The position numbers and the translations under genes are program-made. 64,000 bases of DNA from Myxococcota bacterium (GTDB lineage Bacteria > Myxococcota_A > UBA9160 > JAFDDA01): assembly GCA_965228475.1 (NCBI GenBank), contig OZ245817.1, positions 2,528,001 to 2,592,000 of the forward strand, read 5' to 3'. Shown here in pieces: positions 34,578-43,266 of the stretch (within the stretch, counting starts at the first letter, position 1; each line of letters begins with the position of its first letter). A model generated the notes under the pieces. That model was not told the DNA's origin. It made no database searches and saw nothing but the letters and a program-made list of their open reading frames with translations.

Positions 34578-36823
34578 GGCCGCCGCAGGTCGGGGCCGGC
34601 GAGCTCGCTCCCGGCCCGGACGGCGCGCTCGGAAACCGAGAGCGATCCACTCCCGCCGCGCGCTCCCACGAGCGTGAAGTCTCCCTCGCCCTGCACCGCG
34701 CTTCCCGGCGTGGCCTCCGTCGAGTACGGCAGCACGAAGACGTAGCGGCCCTCTCCGTCGGCTTCGGCCACCGCGCGGTAGCGGTGCCGCCGACCCTGGG
34801 CCGTTCGCAGGACGAGGCTCGCTTCGACGCGCTCCCCCGGCGCGGCAAAGCCCACGACCCGCGCCCCCGCGACGATCTCCCAGATCCCGAGGGCGAAGCC
34901 CGGGGGCTCCGCAGCGAATTCGAGCGCGCGGCCGCTGCGCTGGTGCCAGAGCAGCCGATGATGCGAGAGCGCCGGCACGGCGGGTGCGAGTGCATCGGCC
35001 GGCCATGCCGTCCCGAAAGCGAAGGCCAGCCGGTGCGCGAGGGTGCCCTCCGGGTACGCGGCGGTGCGGCCGGCGCCGTGGCGGTCCGCCATCACGTAGC
35101 GGACGCCGAGCGCCTCGAGCATCGCGACGGCCTCCGCCTCGTCCCGCGCCGCGAAGTAGCGTTCGGCCGCGTCGTAGTTCGCGCGCCCGCCGTAGACGCC
35201 GAAGTTGTCCTGGATGAGCGGCCGGCGCGCGCGGTAGCGCAGCATGTGGCCCGCGTCCCAGCTCGAGAGCACGGCGTACTCCGGCAGGACCTCGGGATCG
35301 AACCAGCCGGAGGTCGGCGGGGAGTTCGCACCGAGCCACCGCGAGCCGGCATCGACGAGGCGGTTGCGAACGCCGTGCGGCCCGCCGCGGGCGACCGCCG
35401 GGTCCGCGTGGGCGCGCGCGTGGCCCTGCCAGCGTTCGAGATGGAGCGCCAGGAGGCCGTCGGCGAGGAGCAGCAGGAAGACGGCCGCGAAAGCGCCTGC
35501 CGCGATGCGGCGCCCCGTGCCCCAGCGCCGCCAGGCCGCTGCGACGAGGGGCGCCGTCTCGTAGAAGAGCCATCCCCAGACCAGCACGTAGAAGATGGAG
35601 AAGCTGTTCCCGAAGCGGCGCTGCAAGCTCGTCAGGACGAAGAAGAGGAGGCTCATCCCGAGCAGGACGAAGCGGTCTGCGGACGCGCCCGTCCGCACGC
35701 TCCGCCAGGCGAGCCAGGCCCAGGCGAAGGGGAAGAGGAAGGCCAGGATCGTCAGGCGGGAGACGATGAGGTCCGGGGAGAACGGGCGCAGCTCGCGGAC
35801 CTCGTGCTGGAAGGCCTCCTCCTTGGAGAACCATCCGGCCCCGGTCGCGACGACGTCCGAGAGGCCGGGGATCACGAGAAAGGCCGCCGCAAGCGCCACG
35901 ACCCCGGCGGCGACGGCGGCACCGATCCGCCGGCCGCGCGTGGCCCCGAGACCGGTTCCGAACGCGAGCGCCGCCACCCCGAGCACCCCGGCCGCGACCG
36001 CGAAGAAGGCCGGCTGGAAGTTCGAGAGCACCCACGGGCTCCACGGTCCGAACTCCGGCCACGCCTGCCCCCACCCGAACGGCGCGAGGACGACCGCGGC
36101 CACCGCGTTCGCGAGGGCCAGCCACCGGGCCCGGGCGCGCGCATCCTCCGCGCGCTCCGCGAGCAAGGCGTACAGCACGAGCAGGCCGTCGAAGGCACCG
36201 ACGTGGATCAGCGCTCCCGGCCACAGCAGCAGCAGCGCCGCGAAGAGCCCCCCGAGACCGAAGGCGCTCGCCAGCCCCGGTGCACCCGCCCGCGATGCGG
36301 AAGCGAGCGCGACGCCCGTCAGAGCGACCGCCCCGAGCGCAACGGCGACGTGGTGGTCGAGCTGCCCGGCCTGGGAGTGCAGCAGGTGGACGGGCAGGAC
36401 GGCGAGGAGCCCCCCGGCCAGCCACCCGGCCCCCGGCGAGAAGTGCCGCCGTCCGACCCACGCGACGCCGACCACGGCCAGGGCGCCGAGCACCGCCGGC
36501 ACGCGCGCGGCGACGTGTTCGACGGCCGTCTCGTCGCCCTCGGGCGCCACGGCGCGGGCCAGCGCCGCGATGCTCCAGTCGAAGGCCGGCGGCCAGACGA
36601 TGTGCCCGCCGTGCGGGTAGTTCACGTAGCGGTCGAAGTCGAGGACGTCGGGAAAGCGCTCCACCGAGTAGGCGATGCGGCGCATGTGGTAGTAGGGATC
36701 GCCGCCGGCGGTGAAGTGCACGCCGTCGGGCTGGAGGACGAGGACCTCGGACTGCGCGCGCAGGCTCCACGCGGCGGCGAAGAGCACGAGGAAACCGAGA
36801 GCGACGAGGAGCGGGCGTCTCAT
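34574..36823 (-). CDS. STT3/AglB/PglB-family oligosaccharyltransferase (AglB-like)
   Basis: DPYYHMRRI, FDRYVNYPHG..IVWPP, LDHHVA, many TMs, QRRFG, SWDAGH (WWDYG equivalent), QDNFG, C-terminal beta domain ending LPYST. Confidence 0.85.
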   Translation of the reverse strand: MRRPLLVALGFLVLFAAAWSLRAQSEVLVLQPDGVHFTAGGDPYYHMRRIAYSVERFPDVLDFDRYVNYPHGGHIVWPPAFDWSIAALARAVAPEGDETAVEHVAARVPAVLGALAVVGVAWVGRRHFSPGAGWLAGGLLAVLPVHLLHSQAGQLDHHVAVALGAVALTGVALASASRAGAPGLASAFGLGGLFAALLLLWPGALIHVGAFDGLLVLYALLAERAEDARARARWLALANAVAAVVLAPFGWGQAWPEFGPWSPWVLSNFQPAFFAVAAGVLGVAALAFGTGLGATRGRRIGAAVAAGVVALAAAFLVIPGLSDVVATGAGWFSKEEAFQHEVRELRPFSPDLIVSRLTILAFLFPFAWAWLAWRSVRTGASADRFVLLGMSLLFFVLTSLQRRFGNSFSIFYVLVWGWLFYETAPLVAAAWRRWGTGRRIAAGAFAAVFLLLLADGLLALHLERWQGHARAHADPAVARGGPHGVRNRLVDAGSRWLGANSPPTSGWFDPEVLPEYAVLSSWDAGHMLRYRARRPLIQDNFGVYGGRANYDAAERYFAARDEAEAVAMLEALGVRYVMADRHGAGRTAAYPEGTLAHRLAFAFGTAWPADALAPAVPALSHHRLLWHQRSGRALEFAAEPPGFALGIWEIVAGARVVGFAAPGERVEASLVLRTAQGRRHRYRAVAEADGEGRYVFVLPYSTEATPGSAVQGEGDFTLVGARGGSGSLSVSERAVRAGSELAGPDLRRP

Positions 36824-36906
36824 TGCGGGCGTCCGAGCCTATCAGCCGGGGCCGAGCGCGGAAACCGTGCGCAGCGGCCCTCGGGCGGCCTGCTAGCCTC
36901 CCCTCC

Positions 36907-37833
36907 ATGGCCGAACACGACCCCATCCTGATCGAGCGAGCACGGAACCTCTGGACGAGCTTCGGGCGCAAGTTCCCCGCCATCGAGAAGTCGACCCAGA
37001 TCGGCTGGCCCGAGACGCGCTTCGACCAGATCGGCGGTCTCGCGGGCCCGAAGGACGAGGTCCTGACCTTCGCCTGCGCCGCCACCAGCCCCGACGTCTA
37101 CGGCCGCTGGGGAACCTTCCCGCCCTCGGGCCTGCTGCTCATCGGCGCACGCGGCACCGGCAAGCAGATGCTCGCCGAGGCGCTCGCCGAACAGGCCGGC
37201 ACCGGCTTCCTGAAGATCCGCATCCCGACGCTCGTGATGGAGACCCTGCGCCACGGCGGCAAGGTCGGGGAGATGACCGAAGGCTGGAGCCAGACGCTCT
37301 CGGAGCTGCCGCCGGTCACGGTCTTCTTCGGCGAGCTCGAGTTCTACCAGGCCCACGAGTTCGGTTCCCAGCGCGATGACCTCCCGATCGGCCCGGTCAT
37401 GGACTTCCTGCTCGACCTCGTCGACCGCACCGTGGCGGTCGAGCACGCCCTGACCGTCGGCTCGACGAGCTACCCGGACACGCTCCGGCCGGCTTTCCTG
37501 AGCGACCGGCGCTTCGAACGCGTCGTCGAGGTGAACCCGGTCTTCCCGGGCGACGTCGTCGAGTCCCTGCGCATCCACGCCGAATCGGCCAGCAAGCGGG
37601 CGGGCCGGCCGCTGTTCGAAGAGGTCGACTGGCTCGAGGTCGTCCGGCCCTACGCCGATCATTCCATCGCCGAGTGGGTTCGGATCCTGCACGGCGTGCT
37701 GCGCCGCAAGGCGCGCTGCGAGGCGGCCGGCGAAGCCGTGACGCCCGTCGTGACCGAGGACCTGGTCAGCGAAGCCGCCCGCGTCCAGGGCACCAAGAAG
37801 CGCTTGAGCTACGGCGAGGGGACCTACCTCTAG
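36907..37833 (+). CDS. AAA+ (PAN/Cdc48-like) protein with degenerate catalytic motifs
   Basis: FDQIGGL, PPSGLLLIGARGTGKQ (Walker A-like), VFFGE (Walker B position), STSYPDTLRPAFLSDRRFER (SRH-like). Confidence 0.8.
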   Translation: MAEHDPILIERARNLWTSFGRKFPAIEKSTQIGWPETRFDQIGGLAGPKDEVLTFACAATSPDVYGRWGTFPPSGLLLIGARGTGKQMLAEALAEQAGTGFLKIRIPTLVMETLRHGGKVGEMTEGWSQTLSELPPVTVFFGELEFYQAHEFGSQRDDLPIGPVMDFLLDLVDRTVAVEHALTVGSTSYPDTLRPAFLSDRRFERVVEVNPVFPGDVVESLRIHAESASKRAGRPLFEEVDWLEVVRPYADHSIAEWVRILHGVLRRKARCEAAGEAVTPVVTEDLVSEAARVQGTKKRLSYGEGTYL

Positions 37834-37852
37834 GCCGGTCCGCCTCCGCGGG

Positions 37853-39904
37853 TCAGTCCGCCCGGAAGCGCCCGACCTCCTGCTCGAGGGTGCGCGAACG
37901 CGTGGAGAGGCTCTCCACCATGCGCTTCATCTCTTCGGCCTTGCGCCCGCTCTCGATCTTCACGTCGCGGAAGACGGCGAGCGCTTCGTTGATGGTCTCG
38001 GCGCTCTTGCTCTGGGCCTGGGTCGCGGCGGCGATCTGATTCACCATCGCCGTGACGTTCTCGACCGAGTTCGTGATGAGCTTGCTCTCGCGGCTCTGCT
38101 CGGAGGTGCTGCGCTTGACCTCCTGGCCGAGCTGACGCATCGCCTCGACGGCGCGCGTGATCTCGCTGCTCGCCCGGTCCTGCTCGTGGATCGACGTGTT
38201 GATGTGCTTCACGATCTCGCGCACCTGCTGCATGGCGTCGTCCACCTGCTGGATGTCCTTCGCCTGCTGCTGGTTCGCCTGGACGATCTCTCCGACCATC
38301 TGGGTCGAGAGGCGCGAGCTCCCGATGATCTCCTGGAGGAGCTTGCCGGCCTTCTCGGAGAGGCCGACCCCGCGCTCCACGGTGGTGGAGCCCTCGGCCA
38401 TGGCCGCCACGGCGTTGCCCGTCTCGGCCTGGACGTTCTGGATCAGGGCGGCGATCTCGCGGGTGGAGAGCGCCGTCTTGTCGGCGAGGCTCTTCACCTG
38501 CTCGGCGACCACCGCGAAGGCCTTGCCGTGCTCGCCGGCCTGGGACGCGATGATGGCGGCGTTGAGCGAGAGCAGGTTCGTCTGCTCCGCGATGCCGTCG
38601 ATCACCTTCACGATCTCGCCGATCGATTCCGAACGCTCCGCGAGACTGCCGACGACGTTCTCGATCGCGCCGAACTGTTCGCGGATCTCGCGCATGCCGG
38701 TGATGGTCTCGCTCACCGCGCGCATGCCCTCCTCGGCTTCGGCCGCGGCCTTGTCCGAGAGTTCCTGGCTGTGGGAGGCGTTGCTCTCGACCTGCTGGAC
38801 CGACGTGTTCAGCTCGTGGACCGAGGCCGTCGTCGAATCCGTCGCCTCGTTCAGGACGTCGACGCTGCGCGCGACCTCCTTGATGCTCTGGGTCATCTCG
38901 ACCACGGAGGACGAGGTCATCTCGATCGATTCCGAGAGGCCGTCCATGTTGGTCGCGATCTCGTTGACCGCGAGGTCCATCTGCACGATCGAGCCCGAGG
39001 TCTCGTTGGCCGATTCCGCGAGCCGCTCGGAGTTCTTGCTGACCTCCTTGATCGACTGGGTCACGGACACCACCGAGTCTCCGGCCTCGTCGACGGCCTG
39101 CTCCTGGCGCTGGCCTTCGACGATCATCTCGCGGCTGGCGGACTCGAGACCGTCGGTCACGAGCCGCACCGAGGCCGTGTTCTCGTGGACCTCGCCGATC
39201 AGCTTCCGGAGCCCTTCGGCCATGCCGTTGAAGGCCCGCGAGAGCGTTCCGATCTCGTCGTTGCCGTCGAAGTCCACCCGGATGCGCAGGTCGCCCCCGG
39301 CCACCGCTTCGGCGCTCTCGGCCAGATTGGCCAGCGGAACGGTGATCGCCCGCTGCAGGCGGTTCCCCAGCCCGATCGCGACCAGCGCCGCGAAGAGCGC
39401 CGTTGCCAGGCCGAGCATCAGGTAGGCATTGCGGCGCTCCGCAAGGTGGGAGATGTCGCTGGCGAGGTAGATCGTCCCGACGCGCTCGCCGTAGCTGACG
39501 ACGTCGCGGAACATGCGCAGCGCGTCGGACCCGAACTCGGAGCCCGAAGCCTGCGGCGCCGGCGGACGGAAACCCTCGGAGCCCTCCCGCCGCGAGTAGG
39601 TCGCGAAGACCTGGCCGTCCGGCGTGTAGATGGCCGCCTCGAGGATGCGCGGCTCCTTGCTCAGCGCGAAGAGGGTCTCCCGCGCGGCTTCCGGATCGTT
39701 GAAGGCGAGCGCCGCGGTCGAGTTGGTCCCGATGATCTCGGCCAGGGTCCCGGTGTCGTGGACCATCTTCTGTTCGTAGGTGACCCGTTCGTAGGTCATG
39801 AAGCCGCCGACGGCGATCGCGAGCGCCGTGAGCGACGTCACGAGCACGTTCAGCGTGAGCTTCTGTCGGATCGAGAGTTCGCCAAAAGATCGCATGGTGA
39901 TCAT
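37853..39904 (-). CDS. methyl-accepting chemotaxis protein with CHASE8-type sensor and HAMP domain
   Basis: TM1, NSTAALAFNDPEAARETL, TM2, HAMP (PLANLAESAEAVAGGDL..NDEIGTLSRAFN), IAEQTNLLSLNAAIIASQAGEHGKAFAVVA. Confidence 0.93.
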   Translation of the reverse strand: MITMRSFGELSIRQKLTLNVLVTSLTALAIAVGGFMTYERVTYEQKMVHDTGTLAEIIGTNSTAALAFNDPEAARETLFALSKEPRILEAAIYTPDGQVFATYSRREGSEGFRPPAPQASGSEFGSDALRMFRDVVSYGERVGTIYLASDISHLAERRNAYLMLGLATALFAALVAIGLGNRLQRAITVPLANLAESAEAVAGGDLRIRVDFDGNDEIGTLSRAFNGMAEGLRKLIGEVHENTASVRLVTDGLESASREMIVEGQRQEQAVDEAGDSVVSVTQSIKEVSKNSERLAESANETSGSIVQMDLAVNEIATNMDGLSESIEMTSSSVVEMTQSIKEVARSVDVLNEATDSTTASVHELNTSVQQVESNASHSQELSDKAAAEAEEGMRAVSETITGMREIREQFGAIENVVGSLAERSESIGEIVKVIDGIAEQTNLLSLNAAIIASQAGEHGKAFAVVAEQVKSLADKTALSTREIAALIQNVQAETGNAVAAMAEGSTTVERGVGLSEKAGKLLQEIIGSSRLSTQMVGEIVQANQQQAKDIQQVDDAMQQVREIVKHINTSIHEQDRASSEITRAVEAMRQLGQEVKRSTSEQSRESKLITNSVENVTAMVNQIAAATQAQSKSAETINEALAVFRDVKIESGRKAEEMKRMVESLSTRSRTLEQEVGRFRAD

Positions 39905-40425
39905 CCGCCCTCGACGATGGTGGCGAGCCGGAGCAGCTGGGAGCTGATCTTGAGCCCCGCCTTCTTGGCTGCCCGCTCGTTGATCTCGAACCGGATCTTC
40001 TTGTCCGATTCGACGAAGTTGATCATGCCGCCGCGCTTCGCGAAGCGTTCGAGGTCCGCGACGAGCAGGACGGGCGAGCCCGAGAGGCTGCTCAGGATCG
40101 TGTCGACCGAGCCGCTCTCCGAGCGGCTCACGAAGAGGATCGAACAGCCGCCCGCCGCCGAGACGCTGCCGATCCGGCGCGTCTTGACCGCACGTTTCCC
40201 GACGGATCGGCCGGCGACGGTCTCGTCGAGCGTCGACCCGAAGGGGTCGTCACCGAGCACGCAGATTTCGAGGTCGCCCTTGGCGTCGGGCCACTCGACG
40301 AACTTGCCGAAGTTCAGCAGGAAGGCCGCCTTTACCTGGTACTCGGAGACGGCCGAGACGGCCGGCGCCAGCCAGAAGAGCGACGACAGGACTGCGCCCG
40401 CCAGAACTCTGTGCGCAACTTTCAC
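39901..40425 (-). CDS. YfiR family (DUF4154) periplasmic protein
   Basis: Signal peptide, EYQVKAAFLLNFGKFVEWP, ICVLGDDPFG, GGMINF..KIRFEIN..AGLKISSQLLRLA; ATGA overlap with the MCP. Confidence 0.92.
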   Translation of the reverse strand: MKVAHRVLAGAVLSSLFWLAPAVSAVSEYQVKAAFLLNFGKFVEWPDAKGDLEICVLGDDPFGSTLDETVAGRSVGKRAVKTRRIGSVSAAGGCSILFVSRSESGSVDTILSSLSGSPVLLVADLERFAKRGGMINFVESDKKIRFEINERAAKKAGLKISSQLLRLATIVEGG

Positions 40426-40475
40426 TCGTTCCCCCCGCGCGGTCCCGCCGATCGGGGCCGGGTGGCCCTGCTGAA

Positions 40476-40502
40476 ACATCGGCAGAAGATCCCCCCTCTT
40501 GA
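40476..40502 (-). promoter_or_regulatory. sigma28 (FliA)-like promoter for yfiR-MCP
   Basis: Minus strand TCAA-N15-GCCGATGT, 50 nt upstream of the yfiR start. Confidence 0.65.
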
Positions 40503-40713
40503 GCGCAGCCTCCGTGGAAGACCACGGCCCCTCCGGAGAAAACCCTGGACGAGGCTGACGGGACGCCGGTCCCTTCCTCGGCGTGCCCGGCGCTCGGCGC
40601 CGCCGGTTTTGCGCTCGACGCGCGGGCCCGTTGCGTCGAAGTTTGGGGTTGGAAAGCCCCGAGGCCGGACCTATTCTGCCCGGTCGCCGAGGGGCGACCG
40701 GAGGTTCCCTCGC

Positions 40714-43125
40714 ATGCTCGCCCACCGCGCCCGCCCGACGGCCCTCGCCCTCGCCACCGCGCTCTCGCTCACGATGGCGCTCGGGTGCACCCCGGCCATC
40801 GACGCCCAGCTCGCCGAGGCGCAGTCCCTCGTCGCGGAAGGGCAGCCGCTCGCCGCCCTGCCCTTGCTCGAACGCGTGCTCGAGCGACGGCCGGCCGACG
40901 GCGCCGCGAACCTGCTGCTCGGCCAGGTCCTGATCCAGGTCGGCCGCATGCGACCCGCGGCGGCACCGCTCGCCAAGGCCATGGAGAGCGAACGCTATGC
41001 CGTTCCCGCTGGCCTGCTGCTCGCCTCGGCGCAGCTTGGCGAAGGCCGGCCGGCCGAGGCCCTCGCGACCGTCGACCAGGTGCTCGCCTCCCATCCGGAC
41101 CAGCCGGCCGCGCTGCGCATCCGTGCGACGGCAAGGCTCCAGGCCGGCGACGCCGAGGCGGCGCTCGCCGACGCCCAACGTCTGATCGAGGTCGCCCCGG
41201 ACGATGCCCAGGGCCCGCTGCTGCTCGGCACGGCCCTCAGCCGGCTCGGCCGCCTCGACGAAGCCGAGCAGATCCTGGGCGAGCGCGAACGCGCCGCCCG
41301 CGAAGCCGGCGGCGCCGGCCATGCCCACCTGTGTTCCGCCTTCGCGACCTTCCTCGCCGCCGGCAGGCAGGACCTCGCGCGCGCCGAAGAAACCTGGCTC
41401 CGCTGCCTCGAGACCAACCCCGCGGACGCCATGGTGCTCCAGGGCGCGACGCGCTTCTTCGACCAGCGGGGGCAGGGCCAGCGCAGCGTCGAAATCCTCC
41501 GCCGCGCCGTCGAAGCCGCCCCGGACGCTCTCGGCATCCGCCTCGGCCTGGCGACGCGGCTCTCCGCGGCGGGCGACGCGGCCGAAGCCGACGCCCTGCT
41601 CGCCGAGTTCGCCGAGAGCTCGCGAGCGCCCCAGGCCTGGCAGGCCCTGGCGCTCTTCCGCGGCGAGCGCGGGGACACCGCCGGCGCGCGGGACGCCGTC
41701 GAACGCGGCCTCGAGGCACCGGGCGAAATGGCGGACGCCCTGCGCTTCCTGCACGCGGGCTTCCTGATCGAGCTCGGCGAAGCCGACGCCGCCGAAACCG
41801 TGATCGCGGCGATCGAAACGCCGGACCTCGCGGACCTGACGACCGCTCGCCTGCAGCTGATCCGCGGCCAGGCCGCCGCGGCCCTCGACACCCTCGAAGG
41901 GATCACGGCGCGGAGCCCGACCGACGTCCGCGCCCACTACCTCGCCGGCATCGCTTCGCAGACCCTCGGCCAGGTGGACCCCGCGCTGCGCTCCTTCGAG
42001 ACGGCGACGGAGCTCGAGCCGGCCACCACGGACGCCGCCATCGCCGCCGCCCGCCTGAACGCAGCCCTCGGGAACCACGCCCAGGCCATCGAGATGGCCC
42101 AGCGGCACCGCGCCTCGCGCCGCACGGCCCATCCCGAGACTTACCGGCTCGAAGCCCGTTCGCGCATCGCCTCGGGTCAGCCCGCCGCCGCCGTCGCGCT
42201 CCTCGAGCGGGAACTCGAGCGCGGCCCCGGAAGCGCGGACCCGACGCTCTGGCTCCTCCTCTGCGACGGCCTCGAGGCCTCGGGCGGTGCCGACGCCGCC
42301 CTCGCCCGCCTGGAACGCGAACGCCGGAACGGCCTCGACCTCACGGACCCGGCCCGGCTGCCGATCCTCGAGCGCTACGGCTGGCTCTCGGTCCGCACCG
42401 GGCAGCCGGACCGCGCCGCCAAGGCCCTCGCCGAGGCCGCCGCGCGCAGCCCCGAGTCCGTCCCGCTGACCGTGCTCGAAGGCGTCTTCGCGGCCGCCAC
42501 CGGCGACCCCGAAAAGGCCGACGCCGCCTTCCGCCGCGCCGCCGAACGCGCTCCGGAGGACCCCCTGGCCCTCGCCCACCTCGGCCGCTGGCTCGCCGGC
42601 CACGGCGAAGCGGAGGCCGGTCTCGCGCTCCTCGAGAAGGCCGAGACGATCGCGCCCGGGCAACACGAGGCGGCCTTCCACTCGGCGCGCATCCTCACCG
42701 CCCTCGGCCGCAGCGACGACGCCGAGGCCCGCCTGCGCGCCGTGGTCACCCGCGACCCCTTCCACGCCGGTGCAGCGAACGACCTCGCCTGGCTCCTCGC
42801 GGAGGAGCGCCGGGACCTCGAGTTCGCCCTCACCCTCGCGCGGCGCGCCGTCCGGCTCCAGCCCGGCGACGCCACCCTCGACACCCTCGGCTGGGTGCTG
42901 CTCCAGTCGGACCAGCTCGATGCCGCGCTCGCCACCTTCGAAGAGGCGATCACGCTCGCGCCGGGCAACCCCTCCTACCGCTACCGCCTGGGCAGCACGC
43001 TCGAGCGGCTCGGCCGGGTCGAGGAGGCGCGCAAGGCCTACGAGCAGGCCCTGAACGAGCCGTCCTCCCCGGTGGCCGAGGACGCCCGGAGCGCCCTCGC
43101 ACGGCTCTCGGAAGGGGCCGGCTGA
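40714..43125 (+). CDS. TPR-repeat lipoprotein (PrsT-like)
   Basis: GGAGG SD, MALGC lipobox, many TPRs, C-terminal AANDLAWLLAE...LDTLGWVL...YRYRLG. Confidence 0.85.
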   Translation: MLAHRARPTALALATALSLTMALGCTPAIDAQLAEAQSLVAEGQPLAALPLLERVLERRPADGAANLLLGQVLIQVGRMRPAAAPLAKAMESERYAVPAGLLLASAQLGEGRPAEALATVDQVLASHPDQPAALRIRATARLQAGDAEAALADAQRLIEVAPDDAQGPLLLGTALSRLGRLDEAEQILGERERAAREAGGAGHAHLCSAFATFLAAGRQDLARAEETWLRCLETNPADAMVLQGATRFFDQRGQGQRSVEILRRAVEAAPDALGIRLGLATRLSAAGDAAEADALLAEFAESSRAPQAWQALALFRGERGDTAGARDAVERGLEAPGEMADALRFLHAGFLIELGEADAAETVIAAIETPDLADLTTARLQLIRGQAAAALDTLEGITARSPTDVRAHYLAGIASQTLGQVDPALRSFETATELEPATTDAAIAAARLNAALGNHAQAIEMAQRHRASRRTAHPETYRLEARSRIASGQPAAAVALLERELERGPGSADPTLWLLLCDGLEASGGADAALARLERERRNGLDLTDPARLPILERYGWLSVRTGQPDRAAKALAEAAARSPESVPLTVLEGVFAAATGDPEKADAAFRRAAERAPEDPLALAHLGRWLAGHGEAEAGLALLEKAETIAPGQHEAAFHSARILTALGRSDDAEARLRAVVTRDPFHAGAANDLAWLLAEERRDLEFALTLARRAVRLQPGDATLDTLGWVLLQSDQLDAALATFEEAITLAPGNPSYRYRLGSTLERLGRVEEARKAYEQALNEPSSPVAEDARSALARLSEGAG

Positions 43126-43266
43126 GCGGCCGCCCCGGGCTCGGCTGCCCCTCGCGAGCTGCCTTCCTCCTGCGACCGCTTGCCACCCGCGACCGCTTTC
43201 CACCTGCGACCCGTTTCGTCGTAGAATCGGCCTGCGGGCGCCCGCCGCGTCCGCAGGAGGCTTCCG

